Virus record (IMG/VR): IMGVR_UViG_3300046804_001132
Span: 1 to 64,000 of that record
Source: a virus
Length of the DNA stretch: 64,000 bases
Strand: one strand, 5' to 3'
The notes below the pieces were generated by a model. The model did no database searches, was not told the origin of the DNA, and was given only the letters and a program-made list of their open reading frames with translations. Position numbers and translations under genes: made by a program. Positions 1 to 8,897 of the stretch are shown piece by piece (the first letter of the stretch is position 1; each line of letters opens with the position of its first letter).

Positions 1-2
1 TG

Positions 3-1058
3 GTAACAACTGGTGATACTGGCACGGTAACATCAACAATGATTGCTGATGGAACTATTGTAAATGGAGATATCAATGCATCAGCAGCAATTGTAGATAC
101 AAAACTTGCTACCATTTCTACAGCAGGCAAAGTATCTAATTCAGCAACAACAGCAACTGACGCTAACACAGCATCTGCTATTGTTGCTAGAGATGCATCT
201 GGAAACTTTTCTGCTGGAACAATTACAGCAACATTAAGTGGAACATCTTCTAAGGCAACAAATCTTGTTGGTGGAAACTCAACAACACTTCTTGGGTCAA
301 TTGGTTATCAATCAAATACCGATACAACAACAATGCTTTCTCCAAATACTACAACAACCAAGAAGTTTCTTCGTCAAACTGGCGATGGTACAAATGGTGC
401 AGTTCCAGCATGGGATACATTAGTAAATAGCGATATTCCTTCTGCACTCAGTTCAAAGACTTACGAGGGTATGACAATAACCTCAAGCACAGGAACCTTT
501 ACATTAACTAATTCAAAAACATTTGCTGTTCAAAACAGCATAACCTTGGCTGGTACTGATTCAACTACAATTACCTTGCCATCAACAACAGGAACAGTTG
601 CACTCAACAATCAAACCATGTATATTGGTACAACATCCGTCGCCATTAACAGGTCAAGTGCAAATCTTGCTTTGACTGGAATATCAAGTGTTGCTTTTCC
701 TGGATCAAGTTCTGGCACTGCAACTTTGCAGGCTGCATCAGCAGCGGGTACACCAACAATTACCCTACCATCAACTACAGGAACACTTGCGCTAACTTCT
801 GATCTATCTTCTTACGCTGCTCTTTCAGGTGCAACATTTACAGGAACAGTTATAGCAGCAACTCCAACAACTTCAATTGCATCTATTAGACTGCCACATG
901 GATCTGCTCCAACATCTCCAACAGATGGTGATGTGTGGACAACTAGTGCTGGAATGTATGTTCAAGTTAATGGAGCAACAGTTGGTCCACTTGGTACAGG
1001 CGGTGGCGGTGGTGGAACCACTGGTCTGCAAGATATTTTACTATTTGCTGGCATGTAA
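3..1058 (+). CDS. Tail fibre / virion fibre protein, C-terminal part (truncated by window start)
   Basis: Frame is open from base 3 (VTTGDTGTVTST-MIADG...). Thr/Ser/Gly/Ala-rich repeats (ITLPSTTGT x2), APTSPTDGDVW motif and poly-Gly linker are typical of phage fibres. Confidence 0.65.
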   Translation, partial: VTTGDTGTVTSTMIADGTIVNGDINASAAIVDTKLATISTAGKVSNSATTATDANTASAIVARDASGNFSAGTITATLSGTSSKATNLVGGNSTTLLGSIGYQSNTDTTTMLSPNTTTTKKFLRQTGDGTNGAVPAWDTLVNSDIPSALSSKTYEGMTITSSTGTFTLTNSKTFAVQNSITLAGTDSTTITLPSTTGTVALNNQTMYIGTTSVAINRSSANLALTGISSVAFPGSSSGTATLQAASAAGTPTITLPSTTGTLALTSDLSSYAALSGATFTGTVIAATPTTSIASIRLPHGSAPTSPTDGDVWTTSAGMYVQVNGATVGPLGTGGGGGGTTGLQDILLFAGM

Positions 1059-1143
1059 CAAAATTGTTACAAATTAATTTAATAAAATACTTGTTTATTT
1101 GCAACACTTTTTTACAATACCACTTGTAGAATTTTTTAAACGC

Positions 1144-1152
1144 TGGTATACT
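1144..1152 (+). promoter_or_regulatory. Extended -10 promoter (TGG-TATACT) for the RNR gene
   Basis: TGn-TATACT in an AT-rich intergenic gap, 36 nt before the ATG at 1189. Confidence 0.55.
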
Positions 1153-1188
1153 AAAGTCTTATTACAATTCAAAATGGAAGGTGTTAAT

Positions 1189-3144
1189 ATGTCATTTATT
1201 GACGAGAATGGATCAATCTCAGATCCATATAGAAACTTTATTCACGTTAGTCGTTATTCCCGTTGGTTAGAAGATAAGGGTAGGAGGGAAACGTGGGTAG
1301 AGACTGTAGATCGTTATATGACATTTATGAAAAACCATCTTGTCAATAATTTTGAATATGATGAGAACGATATTAAGTTTGCTCAGATAAAAGATGCAAT
1401 CGTTAATCACAAGGTTATGCCTTCTATGCGTGCTATGATGACCGCTGGGCCTGCATTAGAAAGAGACAACATTGCTGCCTACAACTGTTCTTTCATTGCT
1501 GTAGATAGCCTTAGAGCGTTCGATGAGGCCATGTATATTCTTATGAATGGAACTGGCGTAGGATTTTCAGTAGAACAAAAGTATGTTGCTCAATTGCCAA
1601 TTATTGCAGACGAATTCTTTCCAACCAATACCACCGTTATTGTTGAGGATAGTAAGTTGGGATGGGCAAAAGCATATAAGGAACTTATTGGTCTTTTAGT
1701 TATGGGACAGATTCCAAACTGGGATATGTCAAAGGTGCGTCCAGCAGGAGCAAGACTAAAGACTTTTGGTGGTCGTGCATCTGGTCCTAAGCCACTTAGT
1801 GATCTATTTAAGTTTACAGTTGAGCAGTTTAAGATTGCTGCTGGTCGTAGACTAAAGCCAATTGAGGCGCACGACATTATGTGTAAGATTGGTGAAGTAG
1901 TTGTTGTTGGTGGTGTTCGTCGTTCTGCTCTTATTTCTCTTTCAAACCTTGATGACTTTGAAATGGCTAAGGCTAAGTCAGGTCAATGGTGGGAGACAGA
2001 AGGACAGCGTGCTCTTGCCAATAATTCAGCGGTATATAACATGAAGCCAAATACAGCACAGTTCCTCAGAGAATGGAGAAATCTCTATGAGTCAAAGTCA
2101 GGAGAGCGTGGGATCTATAACATGGATTCCGTTAGAAAGCATATTGACAAGTTCGCAAGGCGTGACTCTTCCAAGGTTGCAGGCACTAATCCTTGTGGCG
2201 AAATCCTTCTCCGTGCCAATCAGTTTTGTAATCTAACTGAGGTAGTTATTGATGCACAGGATACAGAAGAAACTCTTGCAGAAAAGATTCGTCTAGCATC
2301 CATTCTTGGTACATGGCAATCAACACTTACAAACTTTAAGTACATTAGAAAGATTTGGAAGGATAACAGTGAAGAGGAAAGGCTTCTTGGTGTTTCTCTT
2401 ACTGGAATCTTTGGTAATCCTATTACTGGCACAAATCATTCTGCCCTACCACAGATTCTTACTAATCTACGTCAAATTGCTGTTGAGACAAATGTTGTTG
2501 AGGCAGAAAAACTTGGTATTCAGCAGTCCACTGCCGTAACAACGGTAAAGCCATCTGGAACTGTTTCTCAGTTGACTGGGGTATCAAGTGGAATCCATCC
2601 TTGGTATTCAGAATATTACATTCGTTCAGTAAGAGCAGATAACAAAGATCCCCTGACTCTATTCCTTAAGGACTTTGGTATTCCCAATGAGCCAGATGTA
2701 ATGAAGCCAGATGCAACAACAGTCTTCTACTTCCCAATCAAGGCTCCAGACGGAGCAACCGTAACAAAGGATCTATCTGCTATTGATCATTTGGAAATGT
2801 GGAAGGCATACCGTGAATTCTGGACAGAGCACAATCCATCTGTAACCATTAACATTGCAGAAGAAGAATGGCTAGAAGTTGGTGCTTGGGTATACAAGAA
2901 CTTTGATTCTATTGGAGGCGTTTCATTCCTACCATTGTCAGAGCACTCCTACAAGCAGGCACCATATCAAGAAATAACAAAAGAAGAGTATGAAATTGCG
3001 TTATCAAAGATGCCAAATAGCATTCCTTGGCAATCGCTACCACTTTACGAACTAGAAGACACAACTACTGGAACACAGGATCTCGCTTGTGTTGCAGGAG
3101 CATGTGAAGTTGTAGATATCACCTCATCTGTAAAAACTGCATAA
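1189..3144 (+). CDS. nrdJ: Class II (adenosylcobalamin-dependent) ribonucleotide reductase
   Basis: YNCSF, GTGVGFS, VVVGGVRRSALISL, TNPCGEI (thiyl Cys), FCNLTE, VKPSGTVSQL, C-terminal CVAGAC. The start is moved to the ATG at 1189 (GGAAGG RBS). No intein-sized insert. Confidence 0.93.
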   Translation: MSFIDENGSISDPYRNFIHVSRYSRWLEDKGRRETWVETVDRYMTFMKNHLVNNFEYDENDIKFAQIKDAIVNHKVMPSMRAMMTAGPALERDNIAAYNCSFIAVDSLRAFDEAMYILMNGTGVGFSVEQKYVAQLPIIADEFFPTNTTVIVEDSKLGWAKAYKELIGLLVMGQIPNWDMSKVRPAGARLKTFGGRASGPKPLSDLFKFTVEQFKIAAGRRLKPIEAHDIMCKIGEVVVVGGVRRSALISLSNLDDFEMAKAKSGQWWETEGQRALANNSAVYNMKPNTAQFLREWRNLYESKSGERGIYNMDSVRKHIDKFARRDSSKVAGTNPCGEILLRANQFCNLTEVVIDAQDTEETLAEKIRLASILGTWQSTLTNFKYIRKIWKDNSEEERLLGVSLTGIFGNPITGTNHSALPQILTNLRQIAVETNVVEAEKLGIQQSTAVTTVKPSGTVSQLTGVSSGIHPWYSEYYIRSVRADNKDPLTLFLKDFGIPNEPDVMKPDATTVFYFPIKAPDGATVTKDLSAIDHLEMWKAYREFWTEHNPSVTINIAEEEWLEVGAWVYKNFDSIGGVSFLPLSEHSYKQAPYQEITKEEYEIALSKMPNSIPWQSLPLYELEDTTTGTQDLACVAGACEVVDITSSVKTA

Positions 3145-3152
3145 ATAGGTCT

Positions 3153-3195
3153 AGCAAGCGGGGTAAGGGTTGAGCCTGCCCCGCTTTGCTATACT
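3153..3195 (+). terminator. Stem-loop after nrdJ, overlapping the next extended -10 (TGC-TATACT, 3187-3195)
   Basis: AGCAAGCGGGG ... CCCCGCTTTGCT inverted repeat. Confidence 0.6.
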
Positions 3196-3210
3196 TAGAT
3201 AGGAGATAAT

Positions 3211-6200
3211 ATGGCTATACCACTTAATGATTACGCAACAAGGGCTTTCTCTGAACACCCAGTAGCCATTTGGAATCTTGATGATGATGCTTATTATGTC
3301 TCATTGATGACAAATACACAAAGACTATTTTCAAACTGGACAAAAACTGGGTGTACCGCAGATGATACTCCAACATTGCCATTAGTAGATTCTCCATTTG
3401 ACAGCGATATTTACTCATCGTTTTATGCAAACTCTGTTCCAGTATCAGATACAAGCATCACGCTAACTAGTCCAAGTCTTTTTCAACTAGATTCATTAAA
3501 TCAAGAACTGGGAACATTTTGTATAAATCTTTATTTATATCAAGACTCACTATTTGTTAATTGGTACGAAATTGGATATAAATATTATGACACTTTCCTT
3601 GGTGCAGAAAAAGAAGTTGTCAAGAAAATAGAAGCACCAAGCATAAAGCAGTGGATTAATTTTAACTTTACATTTACTATTCCACAAGACGATTCAAATA
3701 CTGTTGAAATGATTATTAGAGCAAATATAAAAACTGGTGGATCAACAACAGCAGACTACAACTTTATAGTAAATGGAATGTCTGTTGGTCAATGGTCAGA
3801 GGTTACTTGCTCAAAGTCATTGGGTAGGCAAACTGTTTCTTTGCCAGTATCATGTGGACTCTCTCCTTTAACAGGTATATCGGCAGATCAGTATGGTGTA
3901 TTAAGTGATAATGGATACTATATTGTAGAAGACAATGTTCTTCTTGCTCAAAATGAAGGCTTGCCAATAATATTTGGCACAGACTCTGTAACAAAAATTA
4001 TTGCATCGCAGTCTGGCAATCCATCATTTATTTTTCCTGGAAAAGGAATGCTCAATGCCGATGGAAGATACAAGAACTATTCTCTAGAAATGTGGATGAA
4101 GATAAAGCCAAACACATTAGAGTCACGAAGAATTCTTGGACCACTATCAAATGATTATGGCGTTTATGTAAGAGAAGGATTTATATCCTTGGTTCTTGGC
4201 GATGAGATTGGATCTTATTCAGTTTCTCAATGGTATAGACCAATGCTTATGCAATTAGTTTTTAATCAGATTACCGCTTCATTGATTATCAATGGAGAAG
4301 AAGTTATAACCATAAACTATGATAGAAAGAATATTGATCTTCCAACAGATACTGATTGGTGGGGAGTATATTCATACTCAGATATAGAAATATTTGAGAT
4401 TGACTGTATTTCAATATTCCCCTATATCATGCCAACACAGGTAGCAAAAAAGCATTTTGTTTGGGGACAAGGAGTTGAGTCTCTTCAATTCATTAATAAC
4501 GAGTTTATGGGGACAGCGGCAGCAATAGATTTCTCAAATGCTAACTATACATCAAACGTTGTTTACCCAGACACCTTCAGGTGGGATGCTGGATACTTCA
4601 ATAATATTAATGCTGGAACAACGTCAGTATCATTGCCAAATTACTCTTTACCAGTCATAAATATTGGAGGAAGAAAATTAAGTGACTGGTATTCAGCAAA
4701 TAAAGAAGTAAATCTTTTAGAGTATCCAGCAGAAGATCATCCAAAATTCTTTACATTTAGGCCAAATATTGATGATGGTGCTTGGGTAACATCGGGTACA
4801 AACTGGAATGAAACATCATATTTGAATTTTCCAACATTAAATATTCTTACAGATCCATTAAGTGCAATATACGGAGTATTTGAAATAAATGAAGAAATCA
4901 ACGAAACAAGACCATTAATACATTTTGTGAATGCCATAACTGGAACACGTTTAGAGATCAATGTAAATGGACTACATGTTGAGTATTCTTTTGATGGAAA
5001 TGTTTTTTATACAGATCCAATATCTATTGATAGTCATTTTGTGGTGGGGCTAAATTTTGAGTGGGTTTCTACAGAATTTGGATACGAACTATTAGCATTC
5101 TTTGGATCTCCATCATCAATAGAAATGTATGTTGGTGGGGACGGTATTACAACATTTGAAGGAAAAATTTATAGAATAGGATTTTGTAATCAAATAAACT
5201 TTAATGAAGTTTCAAGTCACTTTAGATTTAATGGAATAACAAACGTTGGAGATAATGGTCTTTTTGAAGAACACTTTGCAAGTTATACCCTTGTTGCAAT
5301 GAAAAGGTATAACAGATTTTTCCTTGATATATCTGTTTCATCTCAGTGGGAAGAATATTACCCGCTATCTCGCTTTGCTAGTTATATAAGAAATAAAAAT
5401 AATACCTCTTACTACGATCTAGATTTTATGCAAATAAATTTTGGTTATCCATCAATGATTGACTATATCGAAGAAATAATAGAAAATCTAGGATGGACAT
5501 ATTCAGAATTATTTAATGCTTATAATAATCCAGTAGCAAAGAGTTACGAAATTCTTGATGATCAGTTTATAACGGGGTATACAAATTATAATGATCTTAA
5601 AAATAATAACCAAGTAGACATTGTTTTGGATATGTCAAAGTCATCAATACAAGCGGATCTTACCTTCCAACTTTTGCAAGAAGGTGCAAACGAGCCTCTT
5701 AGTAGTTTCCCATATACAAAATCTTTAACGGATTCACTTGTAATTGATGCACAAGCAGAGAATACAAATGAAAGTCCGTACAAGGCATATTCTACAAAGT
5801 TTGAGTTCACCGACAATGTTGTTATTTATCCACCAAAGAATATAAATATTAATGACGTTGCTATGGTTATTCACTTTACCATAAATCAGGACGGTATACT
5901 TAGTGCTCCACTAAACATTAGAGATATGGAAATTACCTCTAGATCCCTTAATGAAAACACATTTAATCAGTTTGGAACAAAATTTGGTGTTCCACTGTAT
6001 CCATATGTACTAGATGGATTCTATTACAACAACAAAGAAAAGAATCCAATGTTAATTTATAAAGGAAATACGCCCTATCTTTATATGACAGAAACCTCTG
6101 GAGTCAAGGTTCTTACTAAAGGATCTGGACAAAAACAATATGGTTTCTCTATGCCAGTAAACTCAAACAGAAAATCAAAGTTTTCAGTTGGTGCCATGCA

Positions 6201-6846
6201 ATTATGGATGATGTATGATCTTCCAAACTTTCCAGAAACAAATATGCCAATATTTGAAATAGATTCATTAAACCAACAAATAGAATTTTGTATCTACCCA
6301 GACTATTCAGCACAAAGGGGGGTAATTTTTGCCAGAGATAAGATATCGAAGCAAGAAATTTATAATATATCCTACTATCAAAATGGTATTTATGTAAAAA
6401 ATCCTATTGTAAAACTTAATGAATGGAATAGCATAGGCTTCTCCTTTAATGAAGGATTAAGTTTTGATAACTATCCAGGTCTAATAAACATGTTGGGCGG
6501 AATCACCTTTAATAATATTTCATATTACATGGTTGATGGATTAGGAAAATCAGAAAGCCTGGTTGCAAGACCTTGGCTTAATGTCCTTAGTGATTTGGAC
6601 ATAAGTCCAACGGATCTTACTTGGCAATACTGGTATGCCGATAATCCAGAGGGCACACAGTGGAAGAATGTTTATATTCTAAGTCAAGAAAGTGCCTATA
6701 CCATCAGTCCAAAAGAAATCTATTCAAAGTATGTTGGCACAAACAGACAAGTTATAGATGATGATACTGGAATCGAAGTATCTGCAAATGCTTTTAGCAT
6801 ATTCTCTGACGCACTTTGGTCATCATATGCCGAAAAACCAGTGTAA
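3211..6846 (+). CDS. Large virion structural protein (minor tail/baseplate, LamG/ConA-like beta-sandwich segments)
   Basis: 1211 aa, aromatic/Asn-rich; LamG-like YSLEMWMK...LIINGEEV segment; AGGAG RBS; next to the structural module. Confidence 0.55.
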   Translation: MAIPLNDYATRAFSEHPVAIWNLDDDAYYVSLMTNTQRLFSNWTKTGCTADDTPTLPLVDSPFDSDIYSSFYANSVPVSDTSITLTSPSLFQLDSLNQELGTFCINLYLYQDSLFVNWYEIGYKYYDTFLGAEKEVVKKIEAPSIKQWINFNFTFTIPQDDSNTVEMIIRANIKTGGSTTADYNFIVNGMSVGQWSEVTCSKSLGRQTVSLPVSCGLSPLTGISADQYGVLSDNGYYIVEDNVLLAQNEGLPIIFGTDSVTKIIASQSGNPSFIFPGKGMLNADGRYKNYSLEMWMKIKPNTLESRRILGPLSNDYGVYVREGFISLVLGDEIGSYSVSQWYRPMLMQLVFNQITASLIINGEEVITINYDRKNIDLPTDTDWWGVYSYSDIEIFEIDCISIFPYIMPTQVAKKHFVWGQGVESLQFINNEFMGTAAAIDFSNANYTSNVVYPDTFRWDAGYFNNINAGTTSVSLPNYSLPVINIGGRKLSDWYSANKEVNLLEYPAEDHPKFFTFRPNIDDGAWVTSGTNWNETSYLNFPTLNILTDPLSAIYGVFEINEEINETRPLIHFVNAITGTRLEINVNGLHVEYSFDGNVFYTDPISIDSHFVVGLNFEWVSTEFGYELLAFFGSPSSIEMYVGGDGITTFEGKIYRIGFCNQINFNEVSSHFRFNGITNVGDNGLFEEHFASYTLVAMKRYNRFFLDISVSSQWEEYYPLSRFASYIRNKNNTSYYDLDFMQINFGYPSMIDYIEEIIENLGWTYSELFNAYNNPVAKSYEILDDQFITGYTNYNDLKNNNQVDIVLDMSKSSIQADLTFQLLQEGANEPLSSFPYTKSLTDSLVIDAQAENTNESPYKAYSTKFEFTDNVVIYPPKNININDVAMVIHFTINQDGILSAPLNIRDMEITSRSLNENTFNQFGTKFGVPLYPYVLDGFYYNNKEKNPMLIYKGNTPYLYMTETSGVKVLTKGSGQKQYGFSMPVNSNRKSKFSVGAMQLWMMYDLPNFPETNMPIFEIDSLNQQIEFCIYPDYSAQRGVIFARDKISKQEIYNISYYQNGIYVKNPIVKLNEWNSIGFSFNEGLSFDNYPGLINMLGGITFNNISYYMVDGLGKSESLVARPWLNVLSDLDISPTDLTWQYWYADNPEGTQWKNVYILSQESAYTISPKEIYSKYVGTNRQVIDDDTGIEVSANAFSIFSDALWSSYAEKPV

Positions 6847-6864
6847 TCTGGTATACTTATAACC

Positions 6865-7233
6865 ATGAGCAACGGTAATAAGCCAAAAATTGGTAAGTCT
6901 AAGGCAACTTTCATCCCTAAAATGTATGATTGGGGTCTATACTTTTGGAAACTACCAAATGGTCACCTTTTTCATGATGGCGAAGGAAATCTTTTGAATA
7001 TTCCAGCAAATCGTGGGGATATTGCTAAAATGGCAGAACTCAAGGCAGCCGCTGCTCATTATGGTCAGCCAGATGGATCTCCTTGGTTCTACGCAGGTAT
7101 TCAGAGAGCAACAGATGAAGAATACAGCGAGCAGGTTGACAGAATGAAGCAGGGACTCATTCCAACAATGAATGATCTTGGAGCAGTTGCAGCAGCCAAG
7201 AAGACTCTTGAACTTTATGGAGATGAAGGATAA
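6865..7233 (+). CDS. Hypothetical protein upstream of portal (leaderless)
   Basis: 122-aa ORF, ATG 7 nt after TGG-TATACT (6849-6857), stop overlaps the portal start (TAATG). Confidence 0.7.
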   Translation: MSNGNKPKIGKSKATFIPKMYDWGLYFWKLPNGHLFHDGEGNLLNIPANRGDIAKMAELKAAAAHYGQPDGSPWFYAGIQRATDEEYSEQVDRMKQGLIPTMNDLGAVAAAKKTLELYGDEG

Positions 7234-8864
7234 TGGAAGATTTTCAAAAGTATGTAGAAGCAAGAATGTCTGAATATAATAAGGAAGATGTTTTTGGTTC
7301 ACTAGATCCATTTGCTAAGAGTTGGGAAGAGTTGCGCGACCTTAGAGGTGCTTCAACAAACTTTAAGAGAAAGACAAGCAGAGTTGAAAAGGCAAATACT
7401 ACTGTAAATCAGGTTCCTCGTCAGGCAGATGGACAAATTGCAGAATCATACATTATTACATCATTGGCACAACCAGCAGGAAAGGGTGCTAGTTCAAAGA
7501 GAATTAATCCTGGTCAGGTATACCGTAATGGGTACGGAATCTTTGACGTAATCACACCACCATATAACCTTTATGAACTTTCTTCCTACTATGACACATC
7601 ATTTGCTAACCATGCTGCTATTGATGCCAAGGTATCTAATACAGTTGGTCTTGGATACAACTTCCAAATGACTCCAACAACAGTAATGAAGTTGGATATG
7701 GTAGAAAATGAAAAGAACAAGGCAGCAGCCAAGAAAAGAATAGAAAGATTAAAGATTCAACTTACAGAATGGCTAGAGTCATGCAATGACGAAGATAGTT
7801 TTACAAAGACTATGGAAAAGGTGGTGACAGATCTTGAGGCTACTGGAAATGGCTATATTGAAATTGGCAGAACTGTTGCAGGAGATATCGGATACATTGG
7901 ACACATACCATCAACAACGGTAAGAGTCCGTCGTATTCGTGACGGATATATTCAGATTATCGCTGGTACGATTGTATACTTCCGTAATTTTGGTGCTACT
8001 AATCCTAACCCCATTACTGATGATCCTCGTCCCAACGAGATTATTCATATCAAGGAATATTCACCACTTAACACCTTCTATGGTATTCCAGACATTATGG
8101 CAGCAATGACTTCACTTGTTGGAGATCAAATGGCTGCACAATATAACATTGATTACTTTGAGAATAAGGCTGTTCCACGATACATCGTTACCGTAAAGGG
8201 GGCGAAGTTGACCCCAGAGGCAGAGGATAAACTGTTTAGATTCTTGCAGACAGGACTCAAAGGTCAAAGTCATCGTACACTTTACATCCCGCTTCCTGGG
8301 GATAGCGAAGGAAGCAAGATTGAATTTGAGATGCATCCAATTGAGTCTGGTGTACAAGAGGCTTCATTTGAGAAGTATCGTCGCCAGAATCGTGATGACA
8401 TTCTTATGGCCCATCAGGTTCCTCTATCAAAGTTGGGCGGCGTAGATGGTGCAGCCGTTGCAGCAGCAATGTCTCAAGATCGTACATTCAAAGAACAGGT
8501 TTCTCGTCCAGCACAGCAATACTTAGAAAAGATTATCAACAAGATTATTAAAGAAAAGACAGATGCAGTAGAGTTGAAGTTCAATGAACTTACACTTACT
8601 GATGAAGTTGCTCAATCTCAAATATTCGAAAGATACCTTAAGACAAAGGCTATGCTTCCCAACGAAGTCCGTGAAAAAATTGGCTTGGCTCAAATTGATG
8701 GTGGAGATGCACCATTAGAACTTACCGCTCGTCAAGCAACGGATGCTCGCGCAAATACAGCACAGAATCGCCAAAGAGATGCAGAAAGAGCCAACAATCA
8801 ATCAGATGGTGCAGCGGCAATTTCTGGAAGAAATCCTAAGGGCGAAGGCGCAAAAACATCATAA
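7233..8864 (+). CDS. Portal protein
   Basis: DLEATGNGYIEI, NEIIHIKEYSP...YGIP, YFENKAVP, ILMAHQVP, PNEVREKIGL motifs; sits directly before protease and capsid genes. Confidence 0.9.
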   Translation: MEDFQKYVEARMSEYNKEDVFGSLDPFAKSWEELRDLRGASTNFKRKTSRVEKANTTVNQVPRQADGQIAESYIITSLAQPAGKGASSKRINPGQVYRNGYGIFDVITPPYNLYELSSYYDTSFANHAAIDAKVSNTVGLGYNFQMTPTTVMKLDMVENEKNKAAAKKRIERLKIQLTEWLESCNDEDSFTKTMEKVVTDLEATGNGYIEIGRTVAGDIGYIGHIPSTTVRVRRIRDGYIQIIAGTIVYFRNFGATNPNPITDDPRPNEIIHIKEYSPLNTFYGIPDIMAAMTSLVGDQMAAQYNIDYFENKAVPRYIVTVKGAKLTPEAEDKLFRFLQTGLKGQSHRTLYIPLPGDSEGSKIEFEMHPIESGVQEASFEKYRRQNRDDILMAHQVPLSKLGGVDGAAVAAAMSQDRTFKEQVSRPAQQYLEKIINKIIKEKTDAVELKFNELTLTDEVAQSQIFERYLKTKAMLPNEVREKIGLAQIDGGDAPLELTARQATDARANTAQNRQRDAERANNQSDGAAAISGRNPKGEGAKTS

Positions 8865-8897
8865 CAATTTAATAAAAGGTGTATAATGGAAAATAGT

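Noticed and set aside
1099-1188. TTG-started N-terminal extension of nrdJ
   Set aside because: It spans the AT-rich intergenic region and the promoter; the ATG at 1189 has an RBS and starts the recognisable protein.
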